Origin: an uncultured virus (IMG/VR IMGVR_UViG_3300028644_000008)
Taxonomy: Duplodnaviria; Heunggongvirae; Uroviricota; Caudoviricetes
Virus record (IMG/VR): IMGVR_UViG_3300028644_000008
Length of the DNA: 64,000 nucleotides
Direction: 5' to 3' (one strand)
This document shows positions 1-7,850 of this stretch, one piece after another. Under the pieces are notes generated by a model. The model made no database searches. It was not told the DNA's origin and saw only the letters and a program-made list of their open reading frames with translations. Each line of letters begins with the position of its first letter. Position 1 is the first letter of the stretch. The position numbers and the translations under genes are program-made.

Positions 1-44
1 CCTTCCGGGCTGTGTCGGTAGCGCCCTTCGTAGAGAGGGATACG

Positions 45-75
45 AAAAGGCCCCGGACTCTCGCCGCGGGGCCTT
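45..75 (-). terminator. Intrinsic terminator-like hairpin downstream of the tRNA-Asn fragment
   Basis: 9-bp perfect stem AAGGCCCCG (47-55) / CGGGGCCTT (67-75), ending in TTTT on the minus strand. Confidence 0.6.
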
Positions 76-116
76 GCGTTAACGGATTCGACCGTCCTGG
101 TCGGTTGTTTTTGAGA

Positions 117-162
117 TGGCTCCCCATGTCGGCTCCGAACCAATGGCCTACTGGTTAACAGC
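117..162 (-). pseudogene. Degenerate 3' half of tRNA-Asn(GTT); probable att remnant at the island's left boundary
   Basis: Minus strand reads GCTGTTAACCAGTAGGCCATTGGTTCGGAGCCGACATGGGGAGCCA: anticodon loop CTGTTAA, T-loop-like GGTTCG and GGGGAGCCA end. No D-arm or 5' acceptor strand upstream. Confidence 0.7.
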
Positions 163-284
163 GGGCACATGAATCTAATCCGGCATTGGCCGCGATCCAT
201 AGCCCTCGAGTCATCCGTCCGCCCGCAATCGCTGCCGGGAGCCGTTGACATTTCTTCGTTCCAGAGGGAGCGCATCAAATCCAC

Positions 285-338
285 TTGGGGCGCTATTGGG
301 GCCGACTTGAGGGCCTCATAGGGCTTCCCTCGCCCAGT
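285..338 (+). repeat. Intergenic repeat copy A
   Basis: 54-bp ungapped match (46/54) to 2147-2200: TTGGGGCGCTATT..GAGGGCCTC..AGGGCTTCC..CGCCCAGT. Confidence 0.85.
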
Positions 339-625
339 TCATGCTCAGTACCCGATTTTAGCACTGCCTTCGTCCTGGCAATCGTCGACCTCGTTCTGCT
401 GCCGATGCTATCTAGACGATGAGGGGGTGGCATGATCCCAAGCGAACCACAAGATCAGCCGCGTCGTCCCACACGCATGGCACTCGCCCGCCGCTCACTT
501 GAAATCACTCTCATACTTGATTATAAGCCCACTTGCCCGATAGGTGGTTGGTGGATAGCCGCGAGCATGCGTGGAGTCTAGATGGACCTAACCATTGGGG
601 AGTGGCGACCAGGAGGGAGACTAAC

Positions 626-1354
626 GTGGCACAAATGTTCGAGGACGAGAAGAAGTTTCCGGACAATTCATCGCGGGCGAACTTTGTATTCCTCGGGTAC
701 CCACACAAGCCACCGCTTGCCTTGGACGACTACCGATCAGTAACTCGGGAGCTTGAGCAAGAACTACCCATCCGACTCTGGTACTTCCTTGATGAAGTCA
801 CGACGCAGGAGATGATGCGCAAAGTGTGGCGAGCGATCCTACGAAGCAATCTCTGCTTCTTTGACATTTCAGGCGGCAACCCCAACGTGGCCCTTGAGTT
901 GGGCATGGCGGTGGCGATTAACAAGCCGTGCCTGACGCTGCTAAAGACCGGCGAAGCAAATCCGCTCGGCGACGCAGATATGAGTTATGCCGAGCGAGCG
1001 GAGTATCAATCCCGCGAGACGCTCAAGACGAAGCTTCGCGAACTGTTACGGACAAAATGCGCCGCGATGAGGATTCTCAACGAGGTCTCCTATCAGATTC
1101 AGAGCGCCCAGTTCCCTTATGCCCGAGACGAAATTGAGAGGCGCCTTGCACAAGCAGTGTCTCAGGTATTCTTGGCTAAGCGCACAACTCGCGCAGCAAT
1201 GGCAAAGGTGTTCGGGTCAGATGAGGCGGCCGGCACAGTCTTGAACGCTTTTCGTGAACGAGGAGTATTCAAGCTTGAAGGCCAACGAAGAGCGGCGAAA
1301 TGGCTCCTCGGAGATTCATGGGTTCATCACGATCATGAGGTCGTCGGGGCGTGA
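626..1354 (+). CDS. Nucleoside 2-deoxyribosyltransferase/TIR-like domain protein with possible C-terminal winged helix
   Basis: Motif KVWRAILRSNLCFFDISGGNPNVALELGMAVAINKP is typical of the NDT-like flavodoxin fold; GTG start 626 follows AGGAGG RBS. Confidence 0.65.
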   Translation: MAQMFEDEKKFPDNSSRANFVFLGYPHKPPLALDDYRSVTRELEQELPIRLWYFLDEVTTQEMMRKVWRAILRSNLCFFDISGGNPNVALELGMAVAINKPCLTLLKTGEANPLGDADMSYAERAEYQSRETLKTKLRELLRTKCAAMRILNEVSYQIQSAQFPYARDEIERRLAQAVSQVFLAKRTTRAAMAKVFGSDEAAGTVLNAFRERGVFKLEGQRRAAKWLLGDSWVHHDHEVVGA

Positions 1355-1476
1355 GCGAGAACACCGGGGGACACCGTGGGGCGATCAGGCATTAGAATCG
1401 CTGCAGGCTTGACGAGGGCGGTCATATAGCGAGAATCCAGTTGCTTCGCACGACCAGAGGATTGAAGGACGCGTAA

Positions 1477-2100
1477 ATGACGAGAGTAGTACTAAATGTT
1501 CAGAAGCTCCAATATGTCCGGGCATGGGAATATGTTAGCCGACTTGTCGAAGTGCGTGATCGCAAATACACCGTGGACGGGAAGGACGTCTGGGACTTTG
1601 CTGAAGTGGGCACAGGCACCACATGCGTCATGGCATCGCTGGGATCTCCAGAGGAACCCGAGTTCTGTGTTAACCCCTTAGCAGACATCTACACAGCGAT
1701 AGACGCAATGCACCGTAGCGCTGTGACACTACTCTTGCGTCAGCCCTGTTGGAGGCAATCCAGGCCACCCAAAAGTTACATGTCCATCTATCCGGCATGG
1801 TTCCAAGTGACCACGAATGCCCAGCATGATAAGGACTTGCAGAGAGATTTGAGCGACCTCTTTGCGGCAGGCAATGGCTTATGTGGGCATCCTAGCTCAG
1901 ACAAGCCTCTGGCGGTAACATACGGGGGATTCCTAATCCCTAAGGGGCAGGACTCCCAAGAGACCTTCTTGGTTGACATCGTCGCTGTAATTCGTTTCTT
2001 CCGGGCATTGACCAAGCTATGGCGCGATGTGCTCAGAGCGAGAGGAATGGACCCTATCGAGAATCCCGAGCAACATGAACACTTGGTTGATGTCGAGTAG
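1477..2100 (+). CDS. Hypothetical protein (207 aa)
   Basis: Long ORF with GAAGGA upstream; no confident motif. Confidence 0.6.
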   Translation: MTRVVLNVQKLQYVRAWEYVSRLVEVRDRKYTVDGKDVWDFAEVGTGTTCVMASLGSPEEPEFCVNPLADIYTAIDAMHRSAVTLLLRQPCWRQSRPPKSYMSIYPAWFQVTTNAQHDKDLQRDLSDLFAAGNGLCGHPSSDKPLAVTYGGFLIPKGQDSQETFLVDIVAVIRFFRALTKLWRDVLRARGMDPIENPEQHEHLVDVE

Positions 2101-2118
2101 CACTAAGCGCGGCCTGCG

Positions 2119-2200
2119 TCGTCTCCGAAAACATCCTCATTTCTCGTTGGGGCGCTATTAGGGTGGACTCGAGGGCCTCGGAGGGCTTCCTACGCCCAGT
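2119..2200 (+). repeat. Intergenic repeat copy B (right part matches A, left part matches C)
   Basis: 2147-2200 matches 285-338; 2119-2153 matches 13719-13753 (31/35). Confidence 0.85.
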
Positions 2201-2228
2201 GTCCGCTCCTTCCCGGAAGACGAAACAC

Positions 2229-3245
2229 TCATATTGGGTTGGTCTTTCGGTCCTGACAAGCGATGCCATCCCACTTGACAACGTAAGCCCAGCTAGCGCC
2301 AGCTCCTTGACTATATGTGGGGTTGTAAGCCTTTGGCTGTGTATAGTAGATTCCAGCGTCTCGCTCTATCGCGTAGAGCGCCATGCCCAAAGTGATTGGC
2401 TTGGGGCCGAACGGAGCAAGAGTCAATCCGTTAGCCCGTGATTCCCATTGCTCTCGCAGTACATGATATGTTCTGTCTGCGTCCCATGTAGCGATCATTT
2501 CAATATCCTCACGGCGAATCGCACTATCTGCACCACCTGTAGCTTCATAGAGCGTCTTCCAGCATCTTCGCGAGAAAGCTCCGTCGGGAGGAAAGGGCAT
2601 GATTACCTTAGTTGAGCCAGCATCTCTATCATAGATCTCCTTCATAAGTGACGATATGCGCAACATTTCAAATCCTACACTCAAGACCAGAGTGTTCCCC
2701 TTGGGTTGCAGTTGTGGGGCAAACCCAGGCAGATGATCAGGCGTCATGGGATCCTCAGCTAGATGCCCTGAAGCATATCCACCTGGAGCGCTCTCGGTAT
2801 AAGTGACCACCATACCTCGCACTGCCTGGTCTGCCAGCAGCCTCTTCAGATAGAAACAGAAGAACCGCTTAGGAAAACAGGAGATGTCAAGAACAACCAC
2901 ATTGCTGCGGATAGACTGTAGCAGTTCCGCCGTGGAGGCCAGCAAATCGTCTTCTGTTGCCAATAACTTGGCGTGCGAGATCTTGACATCCGGCCGAAAC
3001 CTTCTGCTTTCCTGCTCCTTCGAAGCGATGCGTGGAGCTCTTGCTTGGCTGTAGTCGGGAGTTGCATCAATCGGGTCATCAACACACACCAACTGTAGTG
3101 AAACGCAATCCGATGCAGGGCCGCACAGCAACTGTGGAACGTGGCAGCAACGGTCTTCGAAAGAAAGACACCCTATAACATCATAGGGAGTTTGTCGAAG
3201 GAATACGGAGCCAATGTCTTTGAGCTGTCCCCATGGCATTCGCAC
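2229..3245 (-). CDS. Rossmann/CARF-like hypothetical protein, last gene of the four-gene operon
   Basis: 338 aa; motifs VVLDISCFPK, LSVGFE and LAPFGPKP; 9-bp gap to the ATPase gene. Confidence 0.6.
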   Translation of the reverse strand: MRMPWGQLKDIGSVFLRQTPYDVIGCLSFEDRCCHVPQLLCGPASDCVSLQLVCVDDPIDATPDYSQARAPRIASKEQESRRFRPDVKISHAKLLATEDDLLASTAELLQSIRSNVVVLDISCFPKRFFCFYLKRLLADQAVRGMVVTYTESAPGGYASGHLAEDPMTPDHLPGFAPQLQPKGNTLVLSVGFEMLRISSLMKEIYDRDAGSTKVIMPFPPDGAFSRRCWKTLYEATGGADSAIRREDIEMIATWDADRTYHVLREQWESRANGLTLAPFGPKPITLGMALYAIERDAGIYYTQPKAYNPTYSQGAGASWAYVVKWDGIACQDRKTNPI

Positions 3246-3254
3246 TGTAACACC

Positions 3255-5372
3255 TCACTCGAAGAGCCGCAGCTGTCTGGCATCATCTTCCTGAAGCGGT
3301 CGGACCTGAGACGCGGGCCTCCTGGCTCCACCAAACGTGATCTTGGCATTACAGAAGATCCAGTCGTGAAGCTCGTCGACCGATACGTATCTTGGCTCTT
3401 TGATGCGCTTGTATGGAATATTGAAATACGCGCATAATAGTGGATGCAAGAAGAACTTCCGTCTACGGGCAGATTCCTGCAGTTTGGATGTGTGTGCGCG
3501 CTCCTCGAAAATGGCCCAATTTACCCCATCCTCAAGAAAGCGGAGTGCCCGAACGCCCTTCTCTGAAACGCGAAGATCAGACTCGCGAAGCGAGAACCCT
3601 GTGAACCCTGGATTGGATATTGCCAGATCGGACTTCAGGTAGTTGCAGACGGCGGGTCCGATCCGACTTAGGAATGCATACCGCATGCTTCCGCCGGTGT
3701 TCTCATTCCGGTCACGGTTGAACCACTTCTCCGATGCCATGGCTATGCCACTTGTCTGCACGAGAGGGCTGATGGGGCGCGACTCTACGGGGTGCTCTCC
3801 ACGCCGGCATGCCACATCCCACATTTCCCCAAGCAGCAACAGGAGCGCACTAATGTTTCCCCCCGATAGGTACAGCGTAGGCTCCCATCCGAAATACTTC
3901 TTCTTCTGGTTTGCCATAGAGGCCAACTGGAGCAGCGCGACGTCTACACGCTCCTTCTTCCATGACCATCGCAGCCAGGGGCGCGAATCAATGTTCTTCT
4001 CAATCCTCTTGCGTGGCTCCCCGCGAGCGACACGCTGCAGAACCCACGCGCCAGCAAGCCGCAGTTCCACACCAGAACTGTCACGATCTACTAACTTAGC
4101 TAGACGTCGGCGGATCACTTCCGGAACGCCCTTGAGTGCGAGTGTATCACGACGCTTGATTACGGAGAAGTAGTGTGTCGCCTCGACGTCGCGACTCCAC
4201 CCCCCCAGGATGCTGCTAACTTGATTCTGCTGCAGATTAGAGTATCCCTTAGCCTGCAGTCGCTTGTACGTGACGTCAAGAGCGAACTTCGGAAATAGCC
4301 ATCTGCGCCCATCTTCGTCCCGCATCAGCAAGTCGGTCAGATTTATCAGCGAGTAGTCACGGTGTTCTTCAATTCGTGATTCCGCCCCCCAAATTCGCAA
4401 TTCCCTGCCCCAATCGTGAGTGCGCGCGCCCAGTTTGTGGAATACGTACGGGTCCCGAGCCTTGATCAGAGTGTTAACAACTCGCTGTAAAGCCGTGCCA
4501 TGCACAGCGTTGAGTTCGGAGAGCACTTCATACTGATCGAGAACCACAAAGAGCCTCAGCTCCTTCGATGAGATATGTGCCAGCAGCGCCCCCATCTCGC
4601 TAAGAGGGTGTTCTGGCGACTCCTTGGAAGCCCAGATGCTCCTTGGTATCTTGTCAATATCAGTGTTCAGGAACTGCCGCCAGGTATCAAGACGCCCCAA
4701 AGCAGTTCTGAGCAGCGCGCGCAAGGTCCTTGCCTGACGATAGTAGTCATACCATCGCCCCCAGCCTCTGAACAGCTTGACCAGCTTCTGCTCATTCCGA
4801 AGAAGTCTGGGGGGAATCCCCATCCAGGCACACATCGCAGCGCTATCCGCTTGCTGCAGGAACTGAATCCCTGTCAGAAATTCACGGAAGAGGAAGTGAG
4901 TCAAGAAGTCAGCGGCACACATGGCGTCCAGACTAGGATCAGCCTGTCCTGACATTGCACGCGATACAGACCTACGTCCAAACGTATGGAACGCCGTTCG
5001 GACTAGGTTAATGGAAATACCCATATACGGTGGGCAAGTCCTGAGCGCCTTAGGTGGGGATTCTGCGCCAGTGAACCACTCCGAAAGAACCTTTGTCCTT
5101 ATCAAATTCAGGATCATTGACTTGCCGCAGCCTTGAGGCCCGATAAGGATAACATTGCTCGGCTTGAATGCCTGCAGTGTCTCGCCAACCAGGATCTCTT
5201 CGCTAAACATTCGCCTGTACCGCCCCGGAGTTTCGATCAATTCGCTCACCAATGGGTCGTGAAACGGATTCCCAAGTCTGTGCTCCTCCATAGAAGCGCC
5301 TGCTGGGCCAAGATTCGGCTCTTTGGCAGAGCTGTTGTTGGAGGCAGGCAAAGCACTTGTGGTCTTGTTCAT
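3255..5372 (-). CDS. ORC/CDC6-like P-loop ATPase
   Basis: Walker A GPQGCGKS, Walker B LFVVLDQYE, SGGNI motif, C-terminal wHTH-like segment (FFLHPLLC); ATG 5372 directly after the upstream stop. Confidence 0.75.
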   Translation of the reverse strand: MNKTTSALPASNNSSAKEPNLGPAGASMEEHRLGNPFHDPLVSELIETPGRYRRMFSEEILVGETLQAFKPSNVILIGPQGCGKSMILNLIRTKVLSEWFTGAESPPKALRTCPPYMGISINLVRTAFHTFGRRSVSRAMSGQADPSLDAMCAADFLTHFLFREFLTGIQFLQQADSAAMCAWMGIPPRLLRNEQKLVKLFRGWGRWYDYYRQARTLRALLRTALGRLDTWRQFLNTDIDKIPRSIWASKESPEHPLSEMGALLAHISSKELRLFVVLDQYEVLSELNAVHGTALQRVVNTLIKARDPYVFHKLGARTHDWGRELRIWGAESRIEEHRDYSLINLTDLLMRDEDGRRWLFPKFALDVTYKRLQAKGYSNLQQNQVSSILGGWSRDVEATHYFSVIKRRDTLALKGVPEVIRRRLAKLVDRDSSGVELRLAGAWVLQRVARGEPRKRIEKNIDSRPWLRWSWKKERVDVALLQLASMANQKKKYFGWEPTLYLSGGNISALLLLLGEMWDVACRRGEHPVESRPISPLVQTSGIAMASEKWFNRDRNENTGGSMRYAFLSRIGPAVCNYLKSDLAISNPGFTGFSLRESDLRVSEKGVRALRFLEDGVNWAIFEERAHTSKLQESARRRKFFLHPLLCAYFNIPYKRIKEPRYVSVDELHDWIFCNAKITFGGARRPASQVRPLQEDDARQLRLFE

Positions 5373-5373
5373 C

Positions 5374-6423
5374 TTAGGCCTCTTGATGTTCCAGGCGACG
5401 GAACAATGGATTCCACTGTGGCGCGATCCTGTGAAGGATATGAATGGAGTTGTTTGGTGCATTGTGAGCTGTTACAAGGATGGCGCCAGCCCCTCCATGG
5501 CCAAAGGGATCTGAAGCCGCCGGACTGGACTTGTGCGCCTTCCTGCGCACTCTGTCCCACGATGACAGGATGAGAGCACGAAGGGGCGCAAAGTCCTTGT
5601 GTTCTGGCAAGACAGGTCTTGCTCGCACGGTGGCAGTCTTGGGGATAATGATAACAGGCCTGATGTCGATACCAGGCAATGCATTACGCAGTCTCACATA
5701 CCCATCTTCCATTGCGATCAACGGAGAGAAGAGAACGCGCTGCTTAGAAGTGATTGTTGCCCGCACCGTTTTGAGGACATCTCTGCATTGCTGCCCACAG
5801 CCAACGAAATCTTCAAGAACGATGGCTCCTAAGTCAGTCTTGCGCGTAAATCTCGTCACCATTTCCCGAGCAACCGTGGCAACCTCGGTAAGCTGGCGCC
5901 CTCTCCGAAGACAACTCAAGGAATTCACGCGCTCAAAGGTGTTATAGTCGAAACTGTTGGTCACGTAGAACAGCCGGTATCTACAAACAAGCCGCACTGT
6001 CTTGCGTGCGTAATCAGGTGACAGCAGGTCTGATGTGGTGCATGTGCCATTCCAGACCCACGGCGATATTACACTCCTGAATACGTCGCGATATAAAGAC
6101 GCGATTTGAGAGATGTCTACGAACGTCATGTGTCTAAGTACGGAGAACAGGATCTTCTTCTCTGCATCACTGGCAACATTGTTAAGCCATGCCAGGAGGC
6201 GCGAGAAGAACGGCGGGCCTTCGGATCTGAATGGCATATAGTCCTCGAAGCGAAGGTCGGCATGATACTCTAGTTCTTTGAGTTCCTCCAGGAAGGAGGG
6301 CTCGCTGGAAGGCTCAAAGCTATCACTCGTCCATCCACTGATCAGCTTCTCAAGTTCTGCTCGTGCGTTGGCCATGACGTCGTCCCTACGTGCGATTCTT
6401 GCGCGCAATGAAAACTCGCTCAA
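5374..6423 (-). CDS. Phosphoribosyltransferase-like protein
   Basis: PRPP-binding-loop-like AIVLEDFVGCGQQ; C-terminal PFGHG..HNAPNNS..WNPLFRR. Confidence 0.7.
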   Translation of the reverse strand: MSEFSLRARIARRDDVMANARAELEKLISGWTSDSFEPSSEPSFLEELKELEYHADLRFEDYMPFRSEGPPFFSRLLAWLNNVASDAEKKILFSVLRHMTFVDISQIASLYRDVFRSVISPWVWNGTCTTSDLLSPDYARKTVRLVCRYRLFYVTNSFDYNTFERVNSLSCLRRGRQLTEVATVAREMVTRFTRKTDLGAIVLEDFVGCGQQCRDVLKTVRATITSKQRVLFSPLIAMEDGYVRLRNALPGIDIRPVIIIPKTATVRARPVLPEHKDFAPLRALILSSWDRVRRKAHKSSPAASDPFGHGGAGAILVTAHNAPNNSIHILHRIAPQWNPLFRRLEHQEA

Positions 6424-7549
6424 CTATCCGCGCCTTGCGGTGTCCGTTCGAGTCACTCAGCGCGTTGAAGTACCTGAAGCCGCTAGGGACGGTGTGTGCA
6501 AAGATATTGCATACCCTTAGGCCGATGTTGGCATTTCCTCGAAGCATCGATGACAGGAGCTCTCCCGTCCGAAACGACCGCACGGTCCGAGGGCTTCTGG
6601 CCATCTTCCTGCGCACATCACCCGCTATGCATATGAGCACACCTCCAGGGCGGAGCATTCGTGCCAGCTCGAAGAAGATCTTAGACATATGCTCTCTATA
6701 GGCTGAGATGCTCCCTGTCTGAATGTATCGTCCTCGGATCTGTTTGTGGTCATATCCCAAGAGCCATAGTCTAAGCCAGTTGTCCTTTGCATATGTCTGC
6801 GCATTCAAATATGGTGGTGACGTCAGAATCACATCCACTTTTCCGCGGAGACGCGGGAGCAGGGAGTAGACGTCGCTGGCAGAGCCCTGAACGACGTGCC
6901 CCTTGACTGGGGGTGGCATGCCATCGGACAGTGCGCGAGCAATCTTCTTTGCTATGCAATCCCTGACATCTCGGACTGGCCTGCGAAGGCCATGACTGCG
7001 CGAGTACTTCCGTACGTATCGGGCGGACATCGAGAATGCATGCGCGCAGGGGAGCGATAGCGAATATGAAGCGTGACCGTGGAGGATGCCTAATAGGCAC
7101 GCCAATGCGAAACATGCGTTGCTCCGGAGATGGGGATCGCTCGATGATGCGTCACGGACCAAGGCGTCCCGAACGGAAAGCATGCGCCCGAGAGTAACCT
7201 TGTGATAGAACACCTTGACATCTGATGGTACCGAGTCAACCGCTCGTTCCCTCTGTCTAAGCGAACGCACATAGTCAATTGCGCCCTCGGCGTTCACTGC
7301 AAGCATCTTAGCCTGCGAACAGATCACCGCCTCAGGTGCAACGTCAATACCGTACGCGCTCATGCCCAGTAACCTTGCGGCCAGCAGTGATGTCCCTTTG
7401 CCGCAAAAGGGATCTAGGATCACAGGCTTGTCTGGGGCATAATCCTTAAGAAGATCGACCGCAACCGTGAGGGGAAACGACCCGGTACGCGACATTATTG
7501 ACTGCAGGGGGTGCCGTCCGAGTAGTTGCAGGTGTTCCGATCGCTTCAT
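6386..7549 (-). CDS. DNA methyltransferase (N4-C/N6-A type)
   Basis: SAM-binding LDPFCGKGT precedes catalytic TSPPY; overlaps the PRTase-like gene. Confidence 0.85.
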   Translation of the reverse strand: MKRSEHLQLLGRHPLQSIMSRTGSFPLTVAVDLLKDYAPDKPVILDPFCGKGTSLLAARLLGMSAYGIDVAPEAVICSQAKMLAVNAEGAIDYVRSLRQRERAVDSVPSDVKVFYHKVTLGRMLSVRDALVRDASSSDPHLRSNACFALACLLGILHGHASYSLSLPCAHAFSMSARYVRKYSRSHGLRRPVRDVRDCIAKKIARALSDGMPPPVKGHVVQGSASDVYSLLPRLRGKVDVILTSPPYLNAQTYAKDNWLRLWLLGYDHKQIRGRYIQTGSISAYREHMSKIFFELARMLRPGGVLICIAGDVRRKMARSPRTVRSFRTGELLSSMLRGNANIGLRVCNIFAHTVPSGFRYFNALSDSNGHRKARIVERVFIARKNRT

Positions 7550-7585
7550 GCCGGCCTCGAAGTGGCGCCATTACCGCAATGAGCG

Positions 7586-7614
7586 AATATTAGTTCCAGC
7601 CGCAGCATTGTCAA
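7586..7614 (-). promoter_or_regulatory. Candidate sigma70 promoter for the MTase operon
   Basis: TTGACA (7614-7609) with TAATAT/AATATT 16-17 bp downstream. Confidence 0.45.
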
Positions 7615-7850
7615 CGTGCACGAAGGGCGCGTGCTAACATGCCCGCAGGGCGTGGGGCAAACACCTCCAGAGCCGGTGGGCGGCAACCTCATGCCCCGTG
7701 TGGCCAGGCCAATGATTGGGCTTTGATCCCAAAGCATGACTGTGGCCTTGACCCCCAAAGGTCAAAGCATATCATTCTTCACCAGTTGGTCTTGCGCCGG
7801 CGATACCATACTAGCCCTTCGCGTGATCTCAAGACCGGCGCCGGGGAGGA

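Noticed and set aside
1361..1380. Tandem ACACCG(G/T)GGG decamers as recombinase arm sites
   Set aside because: Only two copies and no adjacent recombinase or core site
1477..2100. Possible HEPN RNase (GNGLCGH)
   Set aside because: Lacks the Arg of the RxxxxH motif; insufficient support
2119..2200. Junction repeats as integron attC sites or CRISPR repeats
   Set aside because: No RYYYAAC..GTTRRRY dyad, no integron integrase or cas genes, and spacing is kilobases
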